NCBI GenBank assembly: GCA_903873705.1
Contig: CAIQPK010000081.1
Coordinates: 24,989 to 88,988 of the forward strand
Source: an uncultured Acidobacteriota bacterium
GTDB lineage: Bacteria; Acidobacteriota; Terriglobia; Terriglobales; Acidobacteriaceae
DNA: 64,000 nucleotides
Direction: 5' to 3'
The notes beneath the pieces were generated by a model that saw only the letters and a program-made list of their open reading frames with translations, was not told where the DNA came from and ran no database searches. The translations under genes were made by a program, and so were the position numbers. Below are positions 21,145 to 30,947 of the stretch, one piece after another (positions within the stretch are counted from its first letter, which is position 1; every line of letters begins with the position of its first letter).

Positions 21145-21171
21145 TGTCAGTGCGCTGTCATCGGTTTGTAA
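21145..21171. promoter_or_regulatory. three TGTCA/TGTAA half-sites at 11 bp period upstream of the cytochrome/EPS operon
   Basis: TGTCA 21145, TGTCA 21156, TGTAA 21167. Confidence 0.5.
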
Positions 21172-21188
21172 GTCACATCGCGAAGGGC

Positions 21189-21791
21189 CTATTGGCGCGG
21201 CGTTGCGATGGCGTCCAATTCGGCGCTGAGGTTGTCCTGGGCGTCGGCCAGGGCCTCGCGGCTGCGCTCCAGGCGGCTGATCATCAACGCTCCTTCCAGC
21301 GTGGCGATGATGCGATTGGCGAGGCGGCGAGGGTTGACGGACCGAGCAATTTCTTTGGCGGCGATGCCGTCGCGGACGATCGCGACGATGCGCCCCTGCC
21401 ACTCGCGGAGGGCCTCGTGCGCGAGGGCGCGGAGGGCCGGGTTGCCGTCGTCGGCTTCGATGGCCATGTTCATCAGCGGACAGCCGCCGGGGACGGGGCC
21501 GCGCATCGTGACGAAGCGCTCGATCATGTGGCGGAGCCTGGGGAGGGCGCCGGGGATGGCGTCGAGGTCGCGGGTGCGGCCGGCCATGGCTTCGGTCCAG
21601 GCGTAGCGGAAGGCTTCGCCGGCGAGCTGCTCCTTGCTGGAAAAGTGGCGGTATAGGCCGCCTTTTTTGAGGCCGGTGGCGTCCATGACGTCCTGCATGG
21701 AGGTGCCTTCGTAGCCGCGCTGGTTGAAGACGGCGGCGGCCTGCTCGACGATGCGGCTGCGGGTGCGCTGTCCCTTGGTTTCGGGCGGCAT
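21189..21791 (-). CDS. TetR/AcrR-family regulator (LmrA/YxaF-like)
   Basis: HTH GYEGTSMQDVMDATGLKKGGLYRHFSSKEQL; GGCPL. Confidence 0.92.
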   Translation of the reverse strand: MPPETKGQRTRSRIVEQAAAVFNQRGYEGTSMQDVMDATGLKKGGLYRHFSSKEQLAGEAFRYAWTEAMAGRTRDLDAIPGALPRLRHMIERFVTMRGPVPGGCPLMNMAIEADDGNPALRALAHEALREWQGRIVAIVRDGIAAKEIARSVNPRRLANRIIATLEGALMISRLERSREALADAQDNLSAELDAIATPRQ

Positions 21792-21832
21792 GGTGAGCCT
21801 CCTTTCGCGAACGAAGAAAGTATTTCAGAAAA

Positions 21833-21888
21833 AGACGAATCGGTCTCTTCCTGACAGGAATCTGATGCTGAAAGAAACCGTTTGGTCT
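21833..21888. promoter_or_regulatory. two imperfect AGACC-N4-GGTCT palindromes, probable TetR operators
   Basis: AGACGAATCGGTCT (21833-21846) and AAACCGTTTGGTCT (21875-21888) between the divergent tetR and efflux genes. Confidence 0.65.
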
Positions 21889-21920
21889 CTTTTATTCAGA
21901 ATGGCGGGGGCGATTGCGGT

Positions 21921-23561
21921 ATGGCGACGTTGGCTGTTTCAAAACCGATGGCGGAGCGGCCGCCGGCGCAGGTACTGCGGATGCCGCGGCCACCGGTACC
22001 GGCGATCAATCCGTGGGTGGTGGCGCTGACGGTGACGCTGGCGACGTTTATGGAGTTGCTGGATACGTCGATTGCGAATGTGTCGTTGCCGTATATTGCG
22101 GGCGGGCTGGGGCGATCGTTTGACGAGGTGACGTGGATATTGACGACGTACCTGGTGGCGAATGCGGTGGTGTTGCCGATGAGCGCGTGGCTGTCGCGGG
22201 TGTTTGGGCGGCAGAACTATTACATGACATGCGTGGCGCTGTTCACGGTGACGTCGTTCTTCTGCGGCGTGGCGCCGACGCTGGGCGTGATGCTGATTGC
22301 CCGGGTGCTGCAGGGTGTGGGCGGCGGCGGCCTGGCACCGGTGGAGCAGGCAATCCTGATCGACACGTTTCCACCGGCGAAGCGGGCGTCGGCGTTTGCA
22401 CTTTATACTGTGGCGATTGTGACGGCTCCGGCGATCGGGCCGGTGCTGGGCGGGTGGATTACGGACAACTACAACTGGCGGTGGGTGTTTCTGATCAACA
22501 TTCCGATTGGCCTGCTGTCCCTGTACCTGACCAACATGTTTGTGCACGATCCTCCGTCGTTCCAGAAGGAGCGCGAGAGTGTGCGTGTGAATGGAAAGCT
22601 GCGGGTGGATGGGATTGGTATTGCGCTGGTGGGGATCGGGTCGGCGGCGCTGGAGATGCTGCTGGATCGCGGGCAGATTGACGATTGGTTCGGGTCTGCG
22701 TTCATCTGCTGGATGGCAGCGATTGGGGTGGTCTGCCTGGGTGTGGCAGTGTGGTGGGAGTTGCACCATCCTGATCCGGTGATTGATCTGCGGTTGCTGA
22801 AAGTGCGGAATTTCGCGATTGCGAACGTGTTCTATTTTGTCTTCGGTTTTGGACTGTTTGCGACGACAACGATGATTCCGCAGATGCTGCAGTCGCTGTA
22901 TGGGTATCGCGCTATTGACGCGGGGCTGGTGCTGGGGCCGGGGGCGTTTGTGATCACGGTGCTGGCTCCGGTGGGCGCGATACTGGTGCAGCGTGGGGTG
23001 GTAAAGCCACGGATACTGTTGTTTGGTGCGGTTACGGTGGTGGGCATCGCCATGATTCACTACAGCCGGATGACGCTGGCGACCGACTATGGCCACTATG
23101 CGCGGGCGCTGCAGGGGCTGGGGTATGCGTTCTTCTTTGTGCCGCTCTCGGTGATTGCGTACTCGCAGCTGAAGCCGGAGCAGAACAACCGGGCGTCGTC
23201 GCTGACGAACTTCTTTCGCAACTGGGGAGGGAGTTTTGGGATCGCGTTCATCACGACGATGAGCGAGCGGCGGCAGAACTATCACCAGTCGGTGATGGGG
23301 GCGAACCTGAGTCCGTCGTCCGCGCCGCTGCAGTCGGCGGTGAAACAGATGGCGCTTTATCTGCAGACGAAGGGGTTATCGCAAGCGGATGCCGTCCATG
23401 CGGCATATGGGCATTACTTAGCGCAGATGGAGGTGCAGACGCGGTTCCTGGCGTTCATGGATTGCTTCTATGTGATCGGGATCGTGACTTTTCTGGCTGC
23501 GCCGCTGGTGTTCCTGACGAAGAATGTTGGACCGGCGAAAGGATCAACGGGGGCGCACTAG
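21921..23561 (+). CDS. DHA2-family (EmrB/QacA) MFS efflux permease
   Basis: ATFMELLDTSIANV, WILTTYLVAN, APAIGPVLGGWI, WRWVFLINIPIG. Confidence 0.93.
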   Translation: MATLAVSKPMAERPPAQVLRMPRPPVPAINPWVVALTVTLATFMELLDTSIANVSLPYIAGGLGRSFDEVTWILTTYLVANAVVLPMSAWLSRVFGRQNYYMTCVALFTVTSFFCGVAPTLGVMLIARVLQGVGGGGLAPVEQAILIDTFPPAKRASAFALYTVAIVTAPAIGPVLGGWITDNYNWRWVFLINIPIGLLSLYLTNMFVHDPPSFQKERESVRVNGKLRVDGIGIALVGIGSAALEMLLDRGQIDDWFGSAFICWMAAIGVVCLGVAVWWELHHPDPVIDLRLLKVRNFAIANVFYFVFGFGLFATTTMIPQMLQSLYGYRAIDAGLVLGPGAFVITVLAPVGAILVQRGVVKPRILLFGAVTVVGIAMIHYSRMTLATDYGHYARALQGLGYAFFFVPLSVIAYSQLKPEQNNRASSLTNFFRNWGGSFGIAFITTMSERRQNYHQSVMGANLSPSSAPLQSAVKQMALYLQTKGLSQADAVHAAYGHYLAQMEVQTRFLAFMDCFYVIGIVTFLAAPLVFLTKNVGPAKGSTGAH

Positions 23562-23562
23562 G

Positions 23563-24144
23563 TTAGTGCCGCGGGTAGCGGTGGAGGCCGTTGACGCGGA
23601 AGCTGATGCCCATACTGATGCCGTAGGGATTCAGGGCACCGTAGGTGAACTGGGGCCAGTCCTGGTACTCGAAGTCGATGGCGCGGATGGCGATGCGGTC
23701 GGATACCTGGAGGTCAAAGCCGGCGCCCGGGGCAATGACGAGGTAGGTGCCGGTGCCGTAGCCGAAGGGGAAGTCCAGGCGGCCGACTCTGGCGAGGACC
23801 TTGACGTAGGGGCGGAAGTTTTCCGGCCGGAGGTAGACGTGGGCGCCGCCGAGGTAGGTGGTTTCGTGTACGCCCTGGTTGGTGTGATAGCGCAGGTAGC
23901 GGGCTTCGCCTTCGAGGCCGAAGCGCCACTGGGGGTGAACGTCTACGTAGGCGAAGCCGCCGCCGAGTTTGTCTTTGCCGTAGTCGGATTGCACGGCAGA
24001 GAAGCCGCCGCCGACGGTGATGTTGCTGCCGGGGCCGGAGGCGGCTGGGTGGGCCTGCGCACAGGCTGCAGCTCCCAACGCAAGGAGCAGGAGACCGGTA
24101 AGGAGGCAGAAGCGGCGCATGAGCTGGGGCATTGTATGGCTCAC
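23563..24144 (-). CDS. small outer-membrane beta-barrel protein
   Basis: Signal peptide and about 8 amphipathic strands; coupled to the upstream giant gene. Confidence 0.75.
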   Translation of the reverse strand: MSHTMPQLMRRFCLLTGLLLLALGAAACAQAHPAASGPGSNITVGGGFSAVQSDYGKDKLGGGFAYVDVHPQWRFGLEGEARYLRYHTNQGVHETTYLGGAHVYLRPENFRPYVKVLARVGRLDFPFGYGTGTYLVIAPGAGFDLQVSDRIAIRAIDFEYQDWPQFTYGALNPYGISMGISFRVNGLHRYPRH

Positions 24145-27100
24145 TGCGTCACCGTGAGGGTCATGTCCTGGGTCTGGCTGACGCCGGTACCAGCGCCGGT
24201 GACGGCGACCTTGAAGGTGTAGGTTCCGGCCGGAGTTCCGTTGATCTGCAGACCGTTACATCCGGTTGCGGAGAGCAGCGCGCCGAGGCCGAGGAAGAGG
24301 GCGATGAGGCTGAGCATGGGGAGTCGGCGCTTGCGGCGGAAGAGCAGGAAGCCGGCCAGCAGGCTGCCGGGGATGAAGGCGAGGAGGACGCCGTTGGAGC
24401 TGGCGTGAGCGTTGCTGACGATGGCGCCGCCGGAGCCAAGCGGGTTGCCGGTGTCGATAGTGAGCTGCACGGTGTGGGTGCCGTTGGCTTCGAGCTTCAT
24501 CTGCGCGCTGGAGAAGGTGCAGGTGGCGGCGAAGGGAAGGCCGAGGCAGCCGAAGTCCATGGTGTCGGTGTAGTCCTTCACCGAGGTGATGGTGATGTTG
24601 ACGACGCCGTGCTGCTTGCTCTGCAGGGTCATAGTGGGCGGAGCGATCTGCATGGTGAACTGTGTGGCCGGTCCGCCGGTGATGGCGGTGGCGATGGAAG
24701 AGGAGGCGGCGTAGCTGGCGTCGCCACTGTAATTGGCGACGACGGTTTCCGTGGTGGAGCTGACGACGATGGTCATCGTGGCTACTCCGGTGGCGTCGAT
24801 GGTGGCGGTGCCGAGGGTGAGGCCGGCGGAGGTGAAGGTGATGGTGCCGGTGGGAACGGCCGGGCCGCTCCAGCGGACGACTGAGATGAGCGTGACCTGC
24901 TGGGTGTTGGTGGTGCTGGTGGTGACGGCGGTTAGCGCGGTCTGGGTGGAGCGCAATGTGACGCCCTGCGTGAGGGCGGCGGAGACGCCAGAGAAGTTTT
25001 GCGCGTCGCCGGTGTAGGTGGCGGTGACGGGATGGTTGCCGGCAGCGAACTGCGGGACGGTGATGGAGGCGTGGCCCTGGGCGTCGAGTGCCACAGTGCC
25101 GAGCAATGTGGTGCCGTCCATGAAGGTGACGTTGCCGGTAGCGGTGCCAACGCCGCTGTTGTTGACCATCGCTGTCAGCGTAACGGAGGCGAGGGTGAGT
25201 GCGGGATTGGCGCTGGAGGACAGGGCGGTGGAGGTGACCTGCTTGACGGAGAGCGCGTAGGGGGTGGAGATGGAGGCCGCGGTGTTGCTGTCGCCGGCGT
25301 AGTTGGCGATGATGCTGTGCGAGCCGGGGGTGAGCGTGGAAAGCGTGAGCGTGGCGACGCCGCTGCCGTTGAGCAGCGTGGTGCCGATGGCCGTACCGCC
25401 GTCAGTGAAGGTGACCGAGCCGGTGGCGAGCGAGCCACTGGTGGTGATGGTCGCGGTGAGTGTGAGCGGCGTGGCGTAGATGGCCGGGTTGGCGCTGGTG
25501 CTGATGGCGATCTGGGTGCTGGCGCTTTGCACAGTTTCGATGAGTGGCGTTGAGGTGGAGGCGGAGAAGCTGGGGTCACCGGCGTAACTCGCGGTGATGG
25601 AGTGCGTGCCGACGAAGAGTGCGCTGGTGGAGAAGGTGGTGGTGGCGGTGGCGTCGAGCGTACCGGTGCCGAGGACGGTGGAGCCATCGAGGAAGGTGAC
25701 GGTCCCCGTAGGTGTAAGGCCGGCGGCTCCGGTGAGCTTCGCGGTGAAGACGACGGGAGCTCCCGCTGTGGCGGGGTTCACACTGCTGCCAATTGCGACC
25801 GTGGCAGGTTGAACGATGCGTTGGGCTAGCACGAGAGATGTGGCGCTAACGTGGTTTGCGTCACCGGCGTACGACGCGGAGAGGTTGTGGGTACCGAAGA
25901 CCAGCGTGCTGAGGGTGAAGGTGGCAACGCCTGACGCGTTGACGGGCGTGGACGTCAGGGAAGTAAGGCCGTCGCTGAGGGTGATGGTGCCGGTGATGTT
26001 AGGGCTGGCGCTGGTGACCGTGGCGGTGAAGGTGACGCTCTGGCCGACGATCTGGGGGTTGGCACTGGTTTGCAGTGTGATGGCGGCGGCGGCCTGATGC
26101 ACGACCACGGTGATGCTGTTGGACGCGGTCGTCGCGTAGTTGCTGTCTCCGCCATAAGAAGCGATCAGCGTGTGGGTTCCAAGCGAGAGGCTGGCCGTGG
26201 TGAAGGTGTACGTGCCGTTGGCGGTAGCTGCCTGCGCGCTGAGAGTGTTGTTACCGTCGCGCAGGGTGATGGCGCCGGTGGGGGCGGGGCCGGTGACGTT
26301 GAGTAGAACGGAGAAGGTGGAGGCTGTTGCGACGTCCACGCTGGCCGGGCCGGAGAGGGTGAGGCCGAGCGCGGCGACGCTGATGGTTTCGATCAGTGCG
26401 GAAGACGTGCTGGTGAGGTAGTTGCTGTCGCCCGCATAGACGGCCATGATGCCGTCGGTGCCGACGGGCAGGCTGTTGACGGAGAGGGTAGCGATGCCGG
26501 AAGCGTTCACGGGCGCGCTGCCCAGAAGGGTTGAACCGCTGCTGAAGGTGACCTGGCCGGTGATGACGCCGTTTGCGGTAGCACCGGCGGCGACGCCAAC
26601 CTTCGCGGTGAGCTGAATTGCCGCGCCGGCGTTCGCTGAAGCGGCGTTGGAGGTCAGCGTGGTGGTGGTGGGGATCTGCTGGATGACTTCGATGAGCGGA
26701 ACGGAGTTGCTGACCGAGTCATTGGCATCGCCGAGGTAAGCCGCAACGATGTTGTGGCTTCCGGGCGCGACGGACGAGAGTGTGAGGGTTGCGATGCCGG
26801 AGGCGCTGATGGTGCCGGTGCCGAGGACGGTGTTGCCTTCCTTGAACTGCACGTTACCGGTGGGGGTGGGGCCGTTGGTGCTGATGACGGTGGCGGTGAA
26901 GGTAACGGCGGTTCCGAACTTTACGTTGCTGGCTGATGAGGCGAGCGTGGTGAGGGTGGTGCCTTCGGTGATGGTTTCGGTGACGACGTTGGACGTACTC
27001 GCAGCGTTGTTGCCGCTGGCAGCGGTCTGCGCGGTGAGCGAGTGGACGCCGGGGCTGAGCTGCGTCGTAGAGATGCTGACAGCGCCCGCTACGAGCGTGC

Positions 27101-29396
27101 TGGTGCCGATGGCGGTCGTTCCATCGTAGAAGGTGACTGTGCCGCTGGGGGTTCCGGTCGGGGTGGTCGCTGTGACGGCGAGCAGTACGGGCGATGTGGC
27201 GATGGCGGTAGTTGGCGTGGCGCCGAGAACCAGCGTGACGGGCTGCTGCACGAATTGAAGCAGCGTATTGCTGGTGCTGGCGGCGTTGTTGGGGTCTCCG
27301 GCGTAGGCCGCCGTGATGCTGTGCTGGCCGAGCGTGAGGGTGGTCGTTGCGCAGAGGGCGGTGCCGGTGGCGTCGATCTGCACATTGCTGCAGATGGCGG
27401 TGGCGCCATCGAGGAAGGTGATGGGCCCGGTCCGGCTGGTGTCCGCGCTTTTGACGATGGCGGTGAAGGTGAAGCTGGCGCCGACCAGGGTGGGGTTGAG
27501 GCTGGAGGTCAGCGTGGTGATCGTGGGCTCAACGGAAAGCGCGGGGCCGGAGATGGAGATGATGCTGGGCTGGTTGGTGGCGTCGGAGTTGAGTGTGACC
27601 GAACCCTGGATAAGAGAGCCGACCACGGTAGGGGCGAACTGAACGCCGAGCTTGCATCCTGTGGCTGTGACGAGCGGACCGGGAGCGCAGGTGGTGGTGG
27701 AGGGCTCGAGCGCCGCATTGAGCAGCGTGGGTGGGGCGAAGGTGAGCGTGGCGTTGCCGTCGTTTTGAACGCCGACCGGGAACGGTGGCGAGGCCTTGGT
27801 GACGCGGATGGCGGCGAACTGCAGCGTGAGGGCGGTGGCGCTGACACGGCGAATGCGATTGTGGAACATGTCGGCGACGAGCAGGTTGCCGGTGACGTTA
27901 TCGAAGAAGAGGGCGTAAGGGCCGTAGAGGCCGGCCTGGTTGGCGAGGCCGAGATCGCCGCCGAAGGTCTCACCGCCGTCGCCGACGATGGTGTCGATGA
28001 AGCCGGTGGAGGCATTGATCTTGCGGACGCGGTTGTTGCCGGAGTCGGCGATGTAGATGTTGCCTGCGGGGTCGGTGGCGATGGCGACGGGGGAGTGCAG
28101 CTGGGCGCCGGTGGCGATGCCGCCGTCTCCGGTGAAGCCTTCGCCGCCGGTGCCGGCGATGGTGGTGATGTTGCCGCCTGCGGTGAATTTGCGAACGCGG
28201 TTGTTGCTGATGTCGGCGATCAGGATGGAACCGTCAACGGCGGTGCCGAGGTTCCATGGCGAGTTGAGCTGCGCTGAGGTGGCGGCAATGTTGTCGCCGT
28301 TATAGCCTGCGGCTCCGGTGCCGGCGACGGTGCGGATCTTGTGGGTGATCGCGTCCACCATGCGGATGACATTGTTGCCGGTGTCGGCGATGTAGAGGTT
28401 GCCGGCGGGGTCGAAAGCGATGCCTTCGGGAAGGTAGAGCGTGGCTGCCGTGGCGAGATTGCCGTCACCGGTGTAGCCCTGCGTGCCGGTTCCGGCGACG
28501 GTGGTGATGAGGTGGGTGACGGCGTCTACGCGGCGGATGGCGTTGTTGTTGGTGTCGGCGAAGTAGATGTTGCCGGCGCCATCGACGATGAGGCCGCTGG
28601 GGTTGCCGATGGAGGCGTTGACGGCTGGGCCGCCATCGCCGGCGAATCCGGGGATGCCATCTCCCGCTACGGTGGAGATGAGGCCGGTGAGGGCGTCGAC
28701 GCGGCGGATGCGGAAGTTGCCGAAGTCGGAGATGAAGATGTTGCCACCGGCGTCGGCGACGACGGCTGTGGGCAGGAAGATGGGAGCGTCGGTGCCGAGG
28801 ACGTTATCGCCGCGGTAGAGCCAGAAATTGTTGCCGACGACGGTGTCGATTTCGCCAGGCTCAAACACGGCTAGCGATCCGCTGCCGGTGGCGGCGACCA
28901 GGGCACTGCCGAGCAGGCTGCCATCGACGGCGGTGAGCAGCACGGCGCCTGTCCGCAAGCCGGGGGATTTTGGCTGGAAGGCTACAAAGACTGTGCAGCT
29001 TTGGCCGGCTGAGTAGACGACACCGGCAGAACAGGTGCCACCGGCGGCGAGCGTGAAGTCGGCGCCGGCGAGGCCCTGAGAAACTGCCTTCGGAGTGACC
29101 GCGACGCCATTTCCTGAGATGGGGATGGTGACAGAGATCGGGATGGAGAGATGACCGGTGGCGGTCGAACCGGGAAAGGTGGTGGGGGTTTGTGCCCCGA
29201 CGCTATGGCCTGCAAGAAAGAGGGCGGCAACGAGCGTGGATGGGAGGATTCCGCGGATGGCTTTGCGGAAACGACCGAGTGCGCGGACGCGCTCGGAAGG
29301 GGACGATACAACATGGGCCCGGATCATCAAGACAAACTCCAGCGGTCGCGAAAAAGATTTCAGCGAATTTTCGGAGGACGCTGATGCCATTATCAT
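24141..29396 (-). CDS. giant surface protein: NHL/teneurin-like propeller plus bacterial Ig-like (group 3) repeats; start uncertain
   Basis: Repeated GNIYIADSGNNRVRK/TVAGTG NHL units; many GTVTF.DG...G.HSITA.Y.GD Ig repeats. Confidence 0.9.
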   Translation of the reverse strand: MIMASASSENSLKSFSRPLEFVLMIRAHVVSSPSERVRALGRFRKAIRGILPSTLVAALFLAGHSVGAQTPTTFPGSTATGHLSIPISVTIPISGNGVAVTPKAVSQGLAGADFTLAAGGTCSAGVVYSAGQSCTVFVAFQPKSPGLRTGAVLLTAVDGSLLGSALVAATGSGSLAVFEPGEIDTVVGNNFWLYRGDNVLGTDAPIFLPTAVVADAGGNIFISDFGNFRIRRVDALTGLISTVAGDGIPGFAGDGGPAVNASIGNPSGLIVDGAGNIYFADTNNNAIRRVDAVTHLITTVAGTGTQGYTGDGNLATAATLYLPEGIAFDPAGNLYIADTGNNVIRMVDAITHKIRTVAGTGAAGYNGDNIAATSAQLNSPWNLGTAVDGSILIADISNNRVRKFTAGGNITTIAGTGGEGFTGDGGIATGAQLHSPVAIATDPAGNIYIADSGNNRVRKINASTGFIDTIVGDGGETFGGDLGLANQAGLYGPYALFFDNVTGNLLVADMFHNRIRRVSATALTLQFAAIRVTKASPPFPVGVQNDGNATLTFAPPTLLNAALEPSTTTCAPGPLVTATGCKLGVQFAPTVVGSLIQGSVTLNSDATNQPSIISISGPALSVEPTITTLTSSLNPTLVGASFTFTAIVKSADTSRTGPITFLDGATAICSNVQIDATGTALCATTTLTLGQHSITAAYAGDPNNAASTSNTLLQFVQQPVTLVLGATPTTAIATSPVLLAVTATTPTGTPSGTVTFYDGTTAIGTSTLVAGAVSISTTQLSPGVHSLTAQTAASGNNAASTSNVVTETITEGTTLTTLASSASNVKFGTAVTFTATVISTNGPTPTGNVQFKEGNTVLGTGTISASGIATLTLSSVAPGSHNIVAAYLGDANDSVSNSVPLIEVIQQIPTTTTLTSNAASANAGAAIQLTAKVGVAAGATANGVITGQVTFSSGSTLLGSAPVNASGIATLSVNSLPVGTDGIMAVYAGDSNYLTSTSSALIETISVAALGLTLSGPASVDVATASTFSVLLNVTGPAPTGAITLRDGNNTLSAQAATANGTYTFTTASLSLGTHTLIASYGGDSNYATTASNSITVVVHQAAAAITLQTSANPQIVGQSVTFTATVTSASPNITGTITLSDGLTSLTSTPVNASGVATFTLSTLVFGTHNLSASYAGDANHVSATSLVLAQRIVQPATVAIGSSVNPATAGAPVVFTAKLTGAAGLTPTGTVTFLDGSTVLGTGTLDATATTTFSTSALFVGTHSITASYAGDPSFSASTSTPLIETVQSASTQIAISTSANPAIYATPLTLTATITTSGSLATGSVTFTDGGTAIGTTLLNGSGVATLTLSTLTPGSHSIIANYAGDSNTAASISTPYALSVKQVTSTALSSSANPALTLASVTLTAMVNNSGVGTATGNVTFMDGTTLLGTVALDAQGHASITVPQFAAGNHPVTATYTGDAQNFSGVSAALTQGVTLRSTQTALTAVTTSTTNTQQVTLISVVRWSGPAVPTGTITFTSAGLTLGTATIDATGVATMTIVVSSTTETVVANYSGDASYAASSSIATAITGGPATQFTMQIAPPTMTLQSKQHGVVNITITSVKDYTDTMDFGCLGLPFAATCTFSSAQMKLEANGTHTVQLTIDTGNPLGSGGAIVSNAHASSNGVLLAFIPGSLLAGFLLFRRKRRLPMLSLIALFLGLGALLSATGCNGLQINGTPAGTYTFKVAVTGAGTGVSQTQDMTLTVTQ

Positions 29397-29523
29397 CGGC
29401 AGAGTTGCCCAGGGTAATAGCTCTTTTTGGGTAGCGTATACCCATTGGAGTTACGTCGTATAACGAATGCTTTCAATATTTTGAACAAAGGCGGCGAATA
29501 CCCGGCTGAAACCGGCGAATACC

Positions 29524-30792
29524 TCAGGAAGCCGAAAGTTCGTCATCCCTGGTTTCCCGGATCAAGTAAAGGCCGAGTAGCGTGAGGACGGAACAGGCGG
29601 TGAGATAGTAGCCGACGGAGTTGAGGCCGTGGGAGGTGGCTAGCTTTATGGCGATGGTGGGAGCCAGCGAGGCGCCGAGAATGCCGGCGAGGCTGAAAGC
29701 GAGCGAACTGCCGGTGTAACGGATGTGGGTGGGGAAAAGTTCGGAGGTGATGGTGCCGATGGGGCCGTAGGTGAGTCCCATGAGCGCCATGCCGAGGCCC
29801 ATGGCGGCGAGGGCTCCGCCAATGCCCGCGGAGAAGATGGGCGCCATGATGAATCCGAAGAGGCCGATGGAGATCGTGATGCAGGACATAATGAGGCGGC
29901 GGCCGCGGCGGACCATGAGCGCGGAGACCGGGATAGTAGCCGCGAAGCAGAGCGCGCCGAAGAGCTGGATGAAGAGCAGCGTAGTGCGGTTGTAGTGGAG
30001 CGGTTTGACTCCCCATGACGGCAGGAAGACGGTGAGGATGTAGAAGAGGACGAAGGTGGTGAAGCAGGTGAGAACGCCGGCGATGAGCGGCACGGTGTGC
30101 CTGGTGAGCACGGTGATGGTGGGGAAACGGACTGGCTCGCGGGCTTCCAGGGCGCGCTGGAAGACGGGTGTTTCCGTAATGGTGAGACGCACGTAGAGCC
30201 CGAGGAAGACCAGCACCGCGCTGGCGAGGAAGGGTAAACGCCAGCCGAAGGATTGGAATTGCTGGTCAGTGAGCGTCCGGGTGAGTATGAGGAAGATGCC
30301 GCCGGAGCAGAAGAGTCCGATGGGCGCTCCGAGCTGGGGGAACATGCCGTACCAGGCGCGCTTGCCGGGAGGGGCGTTTTCTACGGCGAGCAGGACGGCA
30401 CCGCCCCACTCGCCACCGAGGCCGATGCCCTGGCCGAAGCGGCAGAGTGCGAGCAGCAGCGATGCCGCGATGCCGATGGTGTGGTACGTGGGCAGCAGGC
30501 CGATGAGGACCGTGGAGAGGCCCATGGTGGAAAGGGCGAGGACGAGAGTGGTCTTGCGGCCGATGCGGTCACCGAAGTGTCCGAAGAGGGCGGAGCCTAT
30601 GGGGCGGGCGAGGAAGGCGATGCCGAAGGTGGCGAAGGAGGCGAGGGTGGCGGTGTTGGGGTCGGACGAGGGGAAGAAGAGGCTGGGGAAGACGTAAACC
30701 GCGGCCGTGGCGTAGATGTAGAAGTCGAAGAACTCGATGGTGGTGCCGATGAGGCTGGCGAACAGGACCTGGCGGGGTGAATTGACGGGCAT
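29524..30792 (-). CDS. MHS-family MFS transporter (ShiA/ProP-like)
   Basis: Start MPVNSPRQ; GTTIEFFDFYIY, GDRIGRK, GGEWGGA, ELFPT.IRYTG. Confidence 0.93.
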   Translation of the reverse strand: MPVNSPRQVLFASLIGTTIEFFDFYIYATAAVYVFPSLFFPSSDPNTATLASFATFGIAFLARPIGSALFGHFGDRIGRKTTLVLALSTMGLSTVLIGLLPTYHTIGIAASLLLALCRFGQGIGLGGEWGGAVLLAVENAPPGKRAWYGMFPQLGAPIGLFCSGGIFLILTRTLTDQQFQSFGWRLPFLASAVLVFLGLYVRLTITETPVFQRALEAREPVRFPTITVLTRHTVPLIAGVLTCFTTFVLFYILTVFLPSWGVKPLHYNRTTLLFIQLFGALCFAATIPVSALMVRRGRRLIMSCITISIGLFGFIMAPIFSAGIGGALAAMGLGMALMGLTYGPIGTITSELFPTHIRYTGSSLAFSLAGILGASLAPTIAIKLATSHGLNSVGYYLTACSVLTLLGLYLIRETRDDELSAS

Positions 30793-30947
30793 TTGATCGG
30801 CTCTTCGCGTTAGGAAATGGTGTTCTTTCAGGCGACCACAGACGGCGGAAGAAGTCCAGCGCGGTGGTAATGGAGTAGATGACTGGCGATAGTGGCGAGT
30901 CGCTGCGATACTGAGAGACATCTGATTGGCTGGAACGTCTTACGCCC

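Noticed and set aside
8617..21188. Lasso peptide cluster suggested by the kinase and nucleotidyltransferase
   Set aside because: No precursor, RRE/PqqD, B2 protease or asparagine-synthetase-like cyclase seen, and the spacers are too short
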